A DNA stretch of 64,000 bases from an uncultured Verrucomicrobiae bacterium (GCA_963718565.1 OY970364.1:1632001-1696000); one strand, 5' to 3'; shown: positions 18,397-28,606, counted from the first letter of the stretch. Notes: generated from the sequence alone by a model not told the origin. Numbers and translations: made by a program.

Positions 18397-20553
18397 ATGA
18401 ATACCGCGCTTCGCAAAGACAGTTTTACGAGCAATATCATTTTTCCACGACATTCCTTGGAGATGGAAAAGACGACCCATTTGATTAAGCCCGTCTATTC
18501 TTCCCGCGGGATCAGTCATCTCGAATTCGAGTCCTATATTACTTTCATCGAGCAAATTCTACGCACTGTACTTCCACAAGATCTGGTGATCACGCTATCG
18601 ACTTGCAAAGATCCTGTGCTCATTGAAAAAAGAGTTCTTGCTTTATGCGAAAGCTTGCCCCTTCTCGCTTGGAATAATCCGGATAGAGCACCTTGCACAC
18701 TTTGTGTCAGTCTGCTTTGCCATTCCGAATTCACTCACGGCGTTGGGCGATACTTTTGCGACATTTTATCACGATGGCTTGTCCCGGGGAAATTTCTCAA
18801 CATTAGCTCTGTCCGTTCTCTGAAATTTAATTTCATTTCCTGCCCAGGGCAGAATCTCTTTTTTAATCAAGTGCTTGTGGACATTGATAATGACCAACAA
18901 CTTGACTTGGTAAAAAATAATCAAGAAAACATTGAAAAAGAAATGCGATTAAGTATTCTCGCCATTCGCCATGCACGTCATGTCGTTTCTCTCAAACAAT
19001 TATCTCCAGAACAAAAAAAGGCGCTGATCGAAGAAAATATTGCTTCCGTACTTTCTCGTCCAGCCAGAACTCTCGAAAATAATGTCTTTGATCATATCCA
19101 AAATTTTTGGTTGCATATTAGCGCTGAAGATAAAATCAAGCAGCTTCAAGAACAATTTTCACCCTATGTCGAACAACGTCCAAAAATTTTTGACCGCGAT
19201 ATTTTCCAAGAAATTAAACATTCCCTACTTCTTTTTAGCGACAGATTTACAGGGATGCGCGATTTACGCCACGTTAGTCGTCTCATTTCTTACCAATATC
19301 TCTTTCGCAAAACACTGATGCGTGTGTGCATGGAATCCCCGGAAGAGCGCCACCTCAGCCTTAAGTTTATCAAGCTGACGCTTCCCTCTCAGACAAGCCA
19401 AAAAAACAATGTCCTTGGGATTGTGGGAGCGATGAATGTTTTGAGAGAAAATGAACTGTTTGAAGAGCGTCATATCCTGGAAGCCATCTCCTGCTGTCTT
19501 CCCCATATTCGCAAGATCGAGAACTCTGTTGTCCTTGACCGCCGCAACCTTGACCCCATTCGCGTTTTTTACTTAGAAATTGAGAAAAAAGATGGGACAG
19601 GATTCAGCTTAGATGAAATGAGAGAACTGAGGAAAAACCTTCCCCGCGAGCTTAAAGAAAGTGTTGAAAATATCTTGCACCCTGTTTTAATGCCTCGAAA
19701 TGAAGAAGAGATCATGCGCAACATCTTCTTGCTCAGCCAACAGTTAAAATATTTGAACGATCTTCCTCAAGTCATTATCTCATTCAATGCGCAAACAGAA
19801 CAGCAATTACAGTTTACCATCATCTTATTGCGGATTTTGCGTGATGATGATCCATCTTTAATAGACATTTTTTCCAAAACATCTACAGATTTGAAAATCG
19901 AAGATCTAGAAGTCAAAAAGGTCGGCCTTTTGCGAAAACGCTATCCCAAGGAGGCTAACGTCTTCAAAGTCTCCTTAGACAAAAAGCAATTCTTGCGCAA
20001 AGATTACACCATCGATTTATTTAAGGCGCGGCATTCTGTCTCTTTGGAGTTGAATAACATTTTTAAGGGAATCCGCGATTTCAATGGGGGCATTTTGTCT
20101 AAACAGCAAGAAGTTTTCCAGGAACTGCGCAGCCTGGTTAAGGAAACATCTTCTGATAACGATTTTCTACTCGAAAACTTTTTTTACTCCATCACTCCGC
20201 CACTCAGGCAAACATTGATCATCCCCAGCTCTTTAAAAACCTTATTTTCGCTGATGCAAGAAGCCTTGGAAGCAGATTATAAAAAGGAATCCTTCTTCTT
20301 GAAGGCACAATTTGAGCCTGAACAATTATTTGTGATGGTCGCTTCGCCTCTCCACTCAATAAAAGATGAGCTTTTTTCTCTGATGATCAAGCTCAAAATT
20401 CCTACTCAGGACCTCTCTTACACCCACACCAATGCCTATGGAATCACATGCATTGGTTACATTTACCAAAACCGCGACTCCAATATTCGCAATTTGTTCC
20501 ATTTTACTCTTTTAAGTTATCTTCAGGAATGGCAAGTAAGATGTGATACATAA
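18397..20553 (+). CDS. Large soluble hypothetical protein
   Basis: 718-aa ORF without TM segments; no confidently recognised catalytic motif. Confidence 0.8.
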   Translation: MNTALRKDSFTSNIIFPRHSLEMEKTTHLIKPVYSSRGISHLEFESYITFIEQILRTVLPQDLVITLSTCKDPVLIEKRVLALCESLPLLAWNNPDRAPCTLCVSLLCHSEFTHGVGRYFCDILSRWLVPGKFLNISSVRSLKFNFISCPGQNLFFNQVLVDIDNDQQLDLVKNNQENIEKEMRLSILAIRHARHVVSLKQLSPEQKKALIEENIASVLSRPARTLENNVFDHIQNFWLHISAEDKIKQLQEQFSPYVEQRPKIFDRDIFQEIKHSLLLFSDRFTGMRDLRHVSRLISYQYLFRKTLMRVCMESPEERHLSLKFIKLTLPSQTSQKNNVLGIVGAMNVLRENELFEERHILEAISCCLPHIRKIENSVVLDRRNLDPIRVFYLEIEKKDGTGFSLDEMRELRKNLPRELKESVENILHPVLMPRNEEEIMRNIFLLSQQLKYLNDLPQVIISFNAQTEQQLQFTIILLRILRDDDPSLIDIFSKTSTDLKIEDLEVKKVGLLRKRYPKEANVFKVSLDKKQFLRKDYTIDLFKARHSVSLELNNIFKGIRDFNGGILSKQQEVFQELRSLVKETSSDNDFLLENFFYSITPPLRQTLIIPSSLKTLFSLMQEALEADYKKESFFLKAQFEPEQLFVMVASPLHSIKDELFSLMIKLKIPTQDLSYTHTNAYGITCIGYIYQNRDSNIRNLFHFTLLSYLQEWQVRCDT

Positions 20554-20556
20554 TGT

Positions 20557-22305
20557 ATGAAATCGCTCTTTTCCAAAGCATGGATGGAATTCCTTGAGGC
20601 TCGCACTTCCACTTCGGGGAAAAGCTCTCCCGCCGTCTTAGAAGATATCTTCTGTCATGCACTTGATCCTACAGATCTTGAATCTCTCGGCTTGCCACAA
20701 TATCTAGCCCCACCTTTAGGACGAGGCCTTCCCAAACGCTACTTGCAAACAGATCCATCGATCTGTGAGGTAAAAAACAGCTTTTCCGATGCTGCTTTAC
20801 TGCGCAAATTGCGGATAGCAAAAGCGATTTTTTTTCTTTACCAGCAACACAAGTTCCCCAAGAGATCACAAGTTGCCATCTTCACTTGGATCATTGCCGA
20901 TGGAGCAGGGGATTACTATGCAGAGCAGGAAGCTGCCCATGTTTTATTAGGTCCATTTCCAGACCTTTATCTCATTTCGATGCTGCACAAAGATGCAAAA
21001 GTTCCCCCGCTTCATCGAAAATGTCCCCATCATCTTCTTCGCTACAATGGAAAGCTCAATCACCCCATCATCTACGAGGCATTTTCCTCTGAACTTCTCG
21101 CTAAACTCTCTCACACAGATCTCATCCTTGAATTTCCTACCGCCTTTCCATGGATGGCGCAATTGTTGGAAACATTGCGTAAAAATCATCCCACTTTAAT
21201 TCACCAAAGAATCGGCGAGCACAGCTTGATCGACTCCCTTGACTTTGCTCCTTCCACAGGCGCTTATTGCATGGGACTCCATGCGCTTGAACTAGGAATT
21301 TTCAGTAAGAAAAATTCTTTTTGCAAAGATGCGATCCTTGGGCTGCAATATCAACCTCTTTTCCAACTTCTCTTCGCTGCGCGCACTCAAGAAGCGGTGG
21401 AAAACTATTTGCTTACGCATTCCTTTAACGTCAGCTATACAAAAACTTTTCGAGGAACCTATCTTTATCTCTACATGTTATGCAAAGGGTTGATCGACAA
21501 TCCCCAAGATATTGACATTTGCTTCTTTAATCTCGACCTTATGCTGAGAGTGCTCCGAGAACGCATCCAAAAAGAAGAACGTTATCCTTTATGGGAACAA
21601 TGCAAGATCGGAAAAGTGCTGATTTACACTCAAACTCATGTTGTACCTATCACCATTTCCAGCGCGCCAAAGACGCTTCGAATGATCCATTGTCCAGAAC
21701 TTGCTCAAGAGGATGTGCACAGGCTCTTTTGCTTTACTGAGCATCTCATCGGATGCACCGGCGACCAAACCCTGTGCGAAGCGATTTGTTCGGGAGTTCC
21801 TTTTTTTTACGATCCTCCCCCTTTCAAAAGAGCCATTCTCAAAGACCTTTTGTTTATAGCACAATCGCGCATGCCCCAATACCCTTTCCTGGAGAAACTG
21901 TTCACACTTCTTCTGAAAAATCCCCATGTCATGCTTGAAGAATCTGACGGAGAATGGGTTTCTGAAGATTATATCCAGTCGGAAAACGACCGCCTCTCCC
22001 TAGATGAAGGCAGCGATGAAAACATTGGAGACGCCCTTTCCTCTTTACTTACGGATCCCCGTTTCAAAGAAGGGTTCTTACAATTGCGCGAAATCATCCA
22101 GCACGAGCATTCTTTTGACCCCATGCTCGAAGGAATCATCAACCGCCTGCTTTTCCACAAGCACTTCCCTGCCTTGATGCACTGGGAGCAAGCTGCTTTA
22201 TCCGAGTGCGCACAGGGGAATCTTTCACCCCTCAATTTCTTAGCTCTTCTCAAGGAAAAATTACTCTATACTGGGCGCAGTATATTTTATGGGAGATTGT
22301 CGTAG
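20557..22305 (+). CDS. Hypothetical protein, possible GT-B glycosyltransferase
   Basis: 582-aa ORF starting 3 nt after the upstream stop; DGAGD and IGCTGDQTLCEAI..GVPFFY motifs. Confidence 0.6.
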   Translation: MKSLFSKAWMEFLEARTSTSGKSSPAVLEDIFCHALDPTDLESLGLPQYLAPPLGRGLPKRYLQTDPSICEVKNSFSDAALLRKLRIAKAIFFLYQQHKFPKRSQVAIFTWIIADGAGDYYAEQEAAHVLLGPFPDLYLISMLHKDAKVPPLHRKCPHHLLRYNGKLNHPIIYEAFSSELLAKLSHTDLILEFPTAFPWMAQLLETLRKNHPTLIHQRIGEHSLIDSLDFAPSTGAYCMGLHALELGIFSKKNSFCKDAILGLQYQPLFQLLFAARTQEAVENYLLTHSFNVSYTKTFRGTYLYLYMLCKGLIDNPQDIDICFFNLDLMLRVLRERIQKEERYPLWEQCKIGKVLIYTQTHVVPITISSAPKTLRMIHCPELAQEDVHRLFCFTEHLIGCTGDQTLCEAICSGVPFFYDPPPFKRAILKDLLFIAQSRMPQYPFLEKLFTLLLKNPHVMLEESDGEWVSEDYIQSENDRLSLDEGSDENIGDALSSLLTDPRFKEGFLQLREIIQHEHSFDPMLEGIINRLLFHKHFPALMHWEQAALSECAQGNLSPLNFLALLKEKLLYTGRSIFYGRLS

Positions 22306-23421
22306 AGACGACACTTCAAATAGTTCCTAATTGCCTGAGCTTTTTCAGCAAACGTAGAACTTTGCCCATATTGGTCGTAAAAAGCATGTTCTCCGCATCC
22401 CCAATAATCATTGGCGAAAGTTTTGATCTTATATAGTTCTCCGTAGATTGCATTTCTTTTCGCTTCTGGCATCTTTGAAAATAGCTCAAGAGCTTCCCGA
22501 GTGGTATCCAAAATCCCTCTTTCAAACAAACTCGCTCTTTCTAACAACCCAGCAATCCTTTCAAACATCGTGCTGTAAGGTACTGCAAAGTTAAAGACCC
22601 TGATGATACTATCATTAGTAGTACCAAAAAAAACTTCTCCACCAGCAACAGCAACGTAGGGAGTCGAGTTTGCACGCCCATAAAAATCGGCGATGCATTC
22701 ATACTCATAAAGAGCGATGCAGTCATTTGTTTGTGTATCCCGGACATTGATGAAGGCGTAAGAAGCCACCAAATAGCTTGAAAAGAGCTTCTCGCGAAAA
22801 AGAGCAAAGGAATGAAAGCCGTCTCCTCCCTCACAAATAGTGATGAGGCATTGATGTGTTTGCGTATTCCAGACCTTGACTGTGTTATCAAAAGAGCTAG
22901 AAAAGAGTTTCTTCTCCTTGTCAATAACAGCAAGGCAGGAAACCGAGTTTTGATGCCCATTAAGAGTGGCGAGGCATTGATGTTTTCGTATATCCCAGGG
23001 CCTGATTGTGTTATCCTCAGAATTTGAAAATTGATGTTTTTGTGTATCCCAGACATTGATTGTGTGATCCTCAGAGCCTGAATAGAGTGTCCATCCATCA
23101 GCAGTAGTAGCGAGGCAGAGAACTGAGCGTTGATGTCCAACAAGAATGGCGAAGCATTGATGTGTTCGTGTATTCCAGACCCTGATTGTTTTATGCTCAG
23201 AACCTGAATAGAGTGTCCCTCCATCAGCAGTAGTAGTGATGCAGCGAACTGCGAGTTGATGTCCATCGAGAGTGGTGATGTATTTATTTGTTCGCATATC
23301 CCAGACCTTGATTTCGCCATTCTGAGAACCTGAAAAGAGTTTCTTGCCCTTACCATCAGCAGCAAGGCAGCAAACTCCATGCGCATCAAGAGCGGCCATA
23401 CATTGATTTGTTTGTATGTCA
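22287..23421 (-). pseudogene. F-box/WD40 protein, 3' part (WD40 repeats plus C-terminal domain), cut off by an IS
   Basis: Repeated GH..V.CL....LYSGS.D.TI.VWD units; joins 25461-25924 in frame when the IS and one TCA are removed. Confidence 0.9.
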
Positions 23422-23442
23422 CAGTGGGGTGTAATCTTTCTT

Positions 23443-24861
23443 TCAGAAATTCACAACATTACCAGTAAAAAATCCAGTATGATCCAGTCCCCCATTATCT
23501 AGAGGCAGCTGCCCTCGTTTTTTCTTCCGTTTCCTAAAAGGATTAAAGAGCTGACGCCTTTGCGAATAAATTGTCTCGCCAATATTCATTGCGGCCCACG
23601 CTTTCACTTGTTTTTTGTTACAGGTTCCTAGTGCTGCTTGAACAGTTTCTAAGTCTAACTTTCCCAGACAGGCGGCCAATGACAGCACAAAAGGGGTAAA
23701 TCCGTCCTTTGAGTCTTCATCCATCAATTGCTTTAACTTACCAAAACTAGACTCAATAATTTCTGTGCTACCTAAAGCCACTTGATCGAGGTCTTTTGTC
23801 TGATCAATCACGAAATCAAGGATACTGCCTGCAAACTGATCAGCACGGACCCCTACTTGCAGGTTCTGTAGCTCTTTTTCCAACTCCTCTGCAGTTTTGT
23901 TGTGGAGGTGTTCTGTTCGAATTTTTTGTCTTACGATTCTCCCAATGAGCAACATCTCGGATATTTCCTTGATCATAGGCTCACTGGATCTGACCCATCC
24001 AAATTGCTCAAGCAATTCCCTCAAGTCCGCCTCGCTCTTTTCGACCTCACAATTCTTCTGTTCTATTTTTTTCTGATGTTCATTTTCCATTTTTTTGAGG
24101 TGATCTAGAATTTTATTTGCCCAGCCGGTTAGTTCGTCAAGATTCATATATCTAGCTTTACTCCTCTGACTCGGAGGGCATAGTGCTGCCCATTTCGTCC
24201 ATTGGAGTTTCTGCTTCATCTGAGAGGCTTTCGACGCAAATTCTGTCCATTCAAGTTCCGCAGCTTCCACCCCCAACAAGTTGGCTATTTTGTGAGCAAT
24301 ATCATTCATTACGGGAATTTTTCTGCCTTCGGCTTCTTGGACGCTCTGCGTATACAATCTGGTTGCAGATACAATATCCGATCCTTGATCATGACAAAAT
24401 TGTCTGTATTGACCTACTGTCTCTTCACTTTTCTTGAGAATCTCATAGATGATTGGGCCACTTGTTTTTTCCAAAACCTCCAGGTGCAGAACGTGTACGT
24501 CTTCAAATGTCAATGCCTTAGCTTTCAAAAAAGTCGTAGCCCGTACGCCCAGAATCAAAAGACATTTTTTTGAGCCAATCTGAATAGATAAATCGATCAT
24601 CCCAATCCAATCATTTGATTTCTGAATTGAGGTCAGCTTGTAATAACCCACCTGCAAGATCCAATCGCGAATCGCAGTATGAGAGGGCATTTTGCATTGT
24701 AGCCAAAAATAACAGCGAATGAACGCCTCTCTGGCTCCGCGAAGGCTTAGTCCTCCTGAAAGAATCAATAGGAGCGATATCAGGATAACAGTTGCCGAAT
24801 AGCGCCGACGAGGGATTTTTTTGTCTTGTTCCCCCGGGAGGCTTGTTGCTGCATCTGCCAT
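23443..24861 (-). CDS. Putative DDE transposase (OrfB) of the IS
   Basis: Fills the element; candidate catalytic D (IDLSIQIG), D (HDQGSD) and E (STEIIESSFGKLK), plus a DIAH motif. Confidence 0.8.
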   Translation of the reverse strand: MADAATSLPGEQDKKIPRRRYSATVILISLLLILSGGLSLRGAREAFIRCYFWLQCKMPSHTAIRDWILQVGYYKLTSIQKSNDWIGMIDLSIQIGSKKCLLILGVRATTFLKAKALTFEDVHVLHLEVLEKTSGPIIYEILKKSEETVGQYRQFCHDQGSDIVSATRLYTQSVQEAEGRKIPVMNDIAHKIANLLGVEAAELEWTEFASKASQMKQKLQWTKWAALCPPSQRSKARYMNLDELTGWANKILDHLKKMENEHQKKIEQKNCEVEKSEADLRELLEQFGWVRSSEPMIKEISEMLLIGRIVRQKIRTEHLHNKTAEELEKELQNLQVGVRADQFAGSILDFVIDQTKDLDQVALGSTEIIESSFGKLKQLMDEDSKDGFTPFVLSLAACLGKLDLETVQAALGTCNKKQVKAWAAMNIGETIYSQRRQLFNPFRKRKKKRGQLPLDNGGLDHTGFFTGNVVNF

Positions 24862-25157
24862 TTTTTTTTAAGTTCTTCGAACTCTTTAGCATGGGTAACA
24901 GCCTCTTGTTCGCGTAATTTTCTTTCTGCCTCGATCAAAGCCTCTTTTTCTGCGATTTCATTTTTTAAGGCTTTATTTTCTTGAGTTTTTTCTTCACACT
25001 TCTTTTTCCACTGGGCTCTACTGTGCTCAAGATCTAATGCTTTACCCTCTAGTGCCTTAATTTTTTCTGCTTTCTCGCGATTTCTCGCTTTGAATTCATC
25101 GCGACTCTCGCAAAGACGATGGCTTCGCTTACGCCAATCTCGTGATGGAACATTCAT
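24780..25157 (-). CDS. IS OrfA, coiled-coil protein, probably fused to OrfB by frameshift
   Basis: AGGAG RBS; K/E-rich helix; A9 run at 24861-24869 with OrfB in the -1 frame. Confidence 0.75.
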   Translation of the reverse strand: MNVPSRDWRKRSHRLCESRDEFKARNREKAEKIKALEGKALDLEHSRAQWKKKCEEKTQENKALKNEIAEKEALIEAERKLREQEAVTHAKEFEELKKKWQMQQQASRGNKTKKSLVGAIRQLLS

Positions 25158-25460
25158 AGAGCTGCTCTCCTAAAATTAAGACGAGCCATTTTGCATGATT
25201 GTTTTAACAGAGTCAAAAAAATTTCCTTAGAAGAGAATTTTCAATATCCCCCTACAAAGTATTGCATCAATAAAGCCCGATACATCGAGAGCGGCTCTTC
25301 CTGAGCCGATCTCGATGTATCGGAACAGCGCCGTAGGACGCTGGGAATATAACTGGGATGAGTCAGAGGGTTTAATATCAGAGGGGGGATGTTACCGTTT
25401 CTTGCCGGAATTGTTGCTCAGAGAAAATTTCAAATATGGATCAAAGTTTACACCCCAATG

Positions 25461-25924
25461 TCACAGACCTTGATTGTGTGATCTGAAAGGCCTAAAAAGA
25501 ATCTCTCGTCAGTAGCGGCAAAGCAGGTAATTGAGTTTTTATTAGTTGAGTTTTCACGCTCTTGAAGCATATAAAAATCATACACTCCATGTCTAAGATT
25601 TGAATCAAAACTTTGAAGGGCCTGATGAGCTTGGTAAGCCTCCTGAAAGTCTTTGTCTTTAATAGCATTTGGGTCCACATTTGAAAAATCCCTTTTAAAC
25701 AGTACGCACCAAAGATACTTATCGTTTAGCATCAGGTTCCACTGCCTGCAGACCAATTTACACGTTCCAATTTTCAGTGCAGAAAAGTCTTTAAAAAATT
25801 GAAAGAATATCTCGAAGGGCACCCTTAAGGCTGGATCTGAGGATGCCACTAGAGCTGGAGCAGCCTGCGATATCGCAACGATAAAGTTTGAATCATTTTT
25901 TGAACAATTTATAGATGGGGTCAT
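25461..25924 (-). pseudogene. F-box/WD40 protein, 5' part (F-box and first WD repeat)
   Basis: VPFEIFFQFFKDFSALKIGTCKLVCRQWNLMLNDKYLW F-box pattern; reads into the IS end. Confidence 0.88.
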
Positions 25925-26223
25925 AATTTAAATCTCTAATTAAAGTTTTTTATTTTAAATTTATAAATTACTGTTTTTTGAAAAAATCAAATTTTTCAAA
26001 CATAATTGTATTGTAAATAAAAATTAGATTCAATATCTATTTTAATATGTTAGTAGGAAATAATCAGGCAAAGTCTGCATGTTAAATAAAATATTTACTT
26101 AACAAAAAAAAGAGGAACCCCGCATTCTTCTTATTCATTCCTCTTTACACAACAAAATTAAACTGTTGTTGTCATTCGTTTTTATCTGTCAATACACTAT
26201 AATGGCTTGCTCAAACTACACGG

Positions 26224-27639
26224 ATGATTATGGATCTTAAAGTTCTCAATAACCCAACTCCAATCTCCTCTTCTCCGCAGAACAATCTCATTGAAGATCA
26301 TCCAAATGAGCCTCTCCACAAACAGCCTTTTGTATCAGCAATTCTTTATCTCAGAGAAATGCTTAAAGGATTATTCGTCACCCTTTATGAAACTCAAGAA
26401 AGTTCTGAGACAAGCAGTAATAGCAGTCTATTTAATTCGAGCGATCCCTCTTTGATTTCTACAAACACCTTTCGTTTCGGCGTTTTTTTAAAGGAGCTTG
26501 AGCGACTCAAAGAAGAAGGTCTCTTCTTGTCCACAATCAAAGAACGACGCGATGAAATTGAAAAGCAAAAAGAACATTGGCGCCCCTACATTGAAGAGCA
26601 AAAAAAAGGGGAAACCCAAGATTTTTATTCTGCAATCGACACCATGATCATCCAAGGGAAATTGATTCCTAATCCTTCCGGCTGCGGGAGCGCTTATTTC
26701 CTCGCCGATGGCGCTGGAATTCCTCGTTATGTGGTTAAACCTGTCGATGAAGATATTTTTTGTTTAAATAACCGCAAAGAGTTTGGTTCTATCTTTAATG
26801 ATTTCGAACATCGTGCGCGCGATGGGATTCCTTTATACCGATCGGCCCAGACGGATGCTTTCTGCTCAGAAATCGCCTCATTATCAGGCTTGGGGGGAAC
26901 AACCCCAAAAGCTGTGATGGGCATTGTCAAAGACGATGGGCTTTATGATTTCACCACTTGGATCGACGGGAAAAATAGAGAAAAATTTACCGAACAAACA
27001 GGCTTTCCCGATCGAGAAAAACTCGCATCGATCCAAGAATATATTCCTAATTCTCAAGATTTAATCGAACTGCTCCACGCGTTTTATAAAGAAGGTCTGT
27101 CCGACGAAGAAATCTCTTCGCGTTTTGATCAGAAAGACTTTGAAGAAGTCTGTATGTTCTTGTGGCTCTCTTACGATAACGATGGCCATGGAGGCAATTT
27201 CCTCACCTTTGTCAAAAGAACCGATGAGAATGGGAAAAAAATTTACGGGATCAAAAAAATCGATAATGGGCTTTCCTTTCCCGAAAAAAATACTCAATAT
27301 ACCAATATTTTAGCATGGATTCCCAACGCAATTCAGCCAATTTCACCAAAGCTCAAACAAAAAATCGCTCAGCTCCCCATGGAACCGATTTTAAACCGCA
27401 TGGACGATTATGAACTTTTCAGCTGTAAGGATGCTTTCAAAGAACGCGTGGAAATTATCAAAGAACTCGCTCAAAGGGAGGGGATAACGATTGGTGAAAT
27501 CGATCTTCGCTTGACTTTTCTATCCTACAATGGAGGAAAAACGCTCGCCTTAAGTCCCATGACGACCCAAGAAATCCTCGATTTGCTACTGACGAAAACT
27601 GCGACTGAATCGACGGCAGGACTAGATGAAGCAGTTTAA
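26224..27639 (+). CDS. Phosphatidylinositol 4-kinase type II-like kinase (PI3/PI4-kinase fold), candidate effector
   Basis: GCGSAYF, VVKPVDE, ASIQEYI, DNDGHGGN and KIDNGLSFP in the PI4K2 motif order. Confidence 0.8.
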   Translation: MIMDLKVLNNPTPISSSPQNNLIEDHPNEPLHKQPFVSAILYLREMLKGLFVTLYETQESSETSSNSSLFNSSDPSLISTNTFRFGVFLKELERLKEEGLFLSTIKERRDEIEKQKEHWRPYIEEQKKGETQDFYSAIDTMIIQGKLIPNPSGCGSAYFLADGAGIPRYVVKPVDEDIFCLNNRKEFGSIFNDFEHRARDGIPLYRSAQTDAFCSEIASLSGLGGTTPKAVMGIVKDDGLYDFTTWIDGKNREKFTEQTGFPDREKLASIQEYIPNSQDLIELLHAFYKEGLSDEEISSRFDQKDFEEVCMFLWLSYDNDGHGGNFLTFVKRTDENGKKIYGIKKIDNGLSFPEKNTQYTNILAWIPNAIQPISPKLKQKIAQLPMEPILNRMDDYELFSCKDAFKERVEIIKELAQREGITIGEIDLRLTFLSYNGGKTLALSPMTTQEILDLLLTKTATESTAGLDEAV

Positions 27640-27961
27640 AACAATGTTTTCTTTTTTGATCATCCTGAGCATTCTTGGGATGGTTTTTATTAATCTACCT
27701 TCTCATGAGGAACAAGGAATGAAATTAATCAACATAAAATCCGGATTTGTCGTTGCTGAATATAAAGGGGAAAAAACAATTATCCATGATCGCTCCCTCG
27801 AAAAAGAAATGACGATCAGAGGAGTGATCATTCCCCCTGCATTGCGATCTGAGTACGGAGGGAAAGCCTCTGTGCGATTGAGCGATAAAGAATTCCAAAA
27901 AGCCTTTAAGGAGCTCTATTCAGAACAAGCTCTGAATCCCAAAAGTTATCATTGGGAATAG
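27626..27961 (+). CDS. Small membrane-anchored hypothetical protein
   Basis: 111 aa with N-terminal hydrophobic segment; overlaps the kinase stop. Confidence 0.65.
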   Translation: MKQFKTMFSFLIILSILGMVFINLPSHEEQGMKLINIKSGFVVAEYKGEKTIIHDRSLEKEMTIRGVIIPPALRSEYGGKASVRLSDKEFQKAFKELYSEQALNPKSYHWE

Positions 27962-28603
27962 TTATATCCGCTTGCTACTGGCAAGAAGATGCATGACTTC
28001 TTCATCAGATGTTTGCTCGAATACTCTGTAAAATGCTCCAACAGCTTCAAAGAAGACAGGTGAGGAGAGGCAGACAACCTCATCAACCTCTTTTTGAATC
28101 TTGCGTAGAGAATCCGGTGCGGCTACGGGAACAGCTAAAACGATCTTTTTAGCCCCCGCATCGCGAACAGATTGAATAGCGACAAGCATACTCGCACCGG
28201 TAGCGATGCCATCATCGACCAAAATGATCGTTTTACCCTTTAAGCTAGGAGTTGGCGTATTTCCGCGATACCGATCCAGACGGATTTTAAGAATCTTCTT
28301 TTGGCGTTCGACTTCTTGTTTCAAATAGTCTGACGAGACATCGAAAATGCCGATGAGATGTTCGTTGAAAACTCCTTGGCCATGTTCAGCGATGGCTCCT
28401 ATGGCTAGCTCTTCATTGCCGGGCGCGCCAATCTTGCGAACAACAACGACGTTCAGTAGCACATTGAGGCCAGAGGCAACTTCATAAGCAGTGACTACCC
28501 CTCCTCTTGCAAGACCTAAAACAATGATATCTTTTTGATCTTTATATTTGTCCAAGTGCGGGACAAGTTGCTTTCCTGCATCACGTCGATCTTTAAAAAG
28601 CAT
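27962..28603 (-). CDS. Phosphoribosyltransferase family protein
   Basis: FKDRRDAG, LARGGV and ILVDDGIATG PRPP-binding loop. Confidence 0.92.
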   Translation of the reverse strand: MLFKDRRDAGKQLVPHLDKYKDQKDIIVLGLARGGVVTAYEVASGLNVLLNVVVVRKIGAPGNEELAIGAIAEHGQGVFNEHLIGIFDVSSDYLKQEVERQKKILKIRLDRYRGNTPTPSLKGKTIILVDDGIATGASMLVAIQSVRDAGAKKIVLAVPVAAPDSLRKIQKEVDEVVCLSSPVFFEAVGAFYRVFEQTSDEEVMHLLASSKRI

Positions 28604-28606
28604 GAA

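Larger units (their letters stand above)
23422..25460 (-). mobile_element. Insertion sequence (2039 bp), family not assigned
   Basis: TIR ca(g/t)tggggtgtaa(t/a)cttt; TCA TSD at 23419-23421 and 25461-25463; two overlapping ORFs. Confidence 0.92.

Noticed and set aside
22541..23422. 293-aa alternative-frame ORF over the WD40 repeats
   Set aside because: Shadow of repetitive coding sequence; the WD40 frame has the motifs and rejoins the F-box
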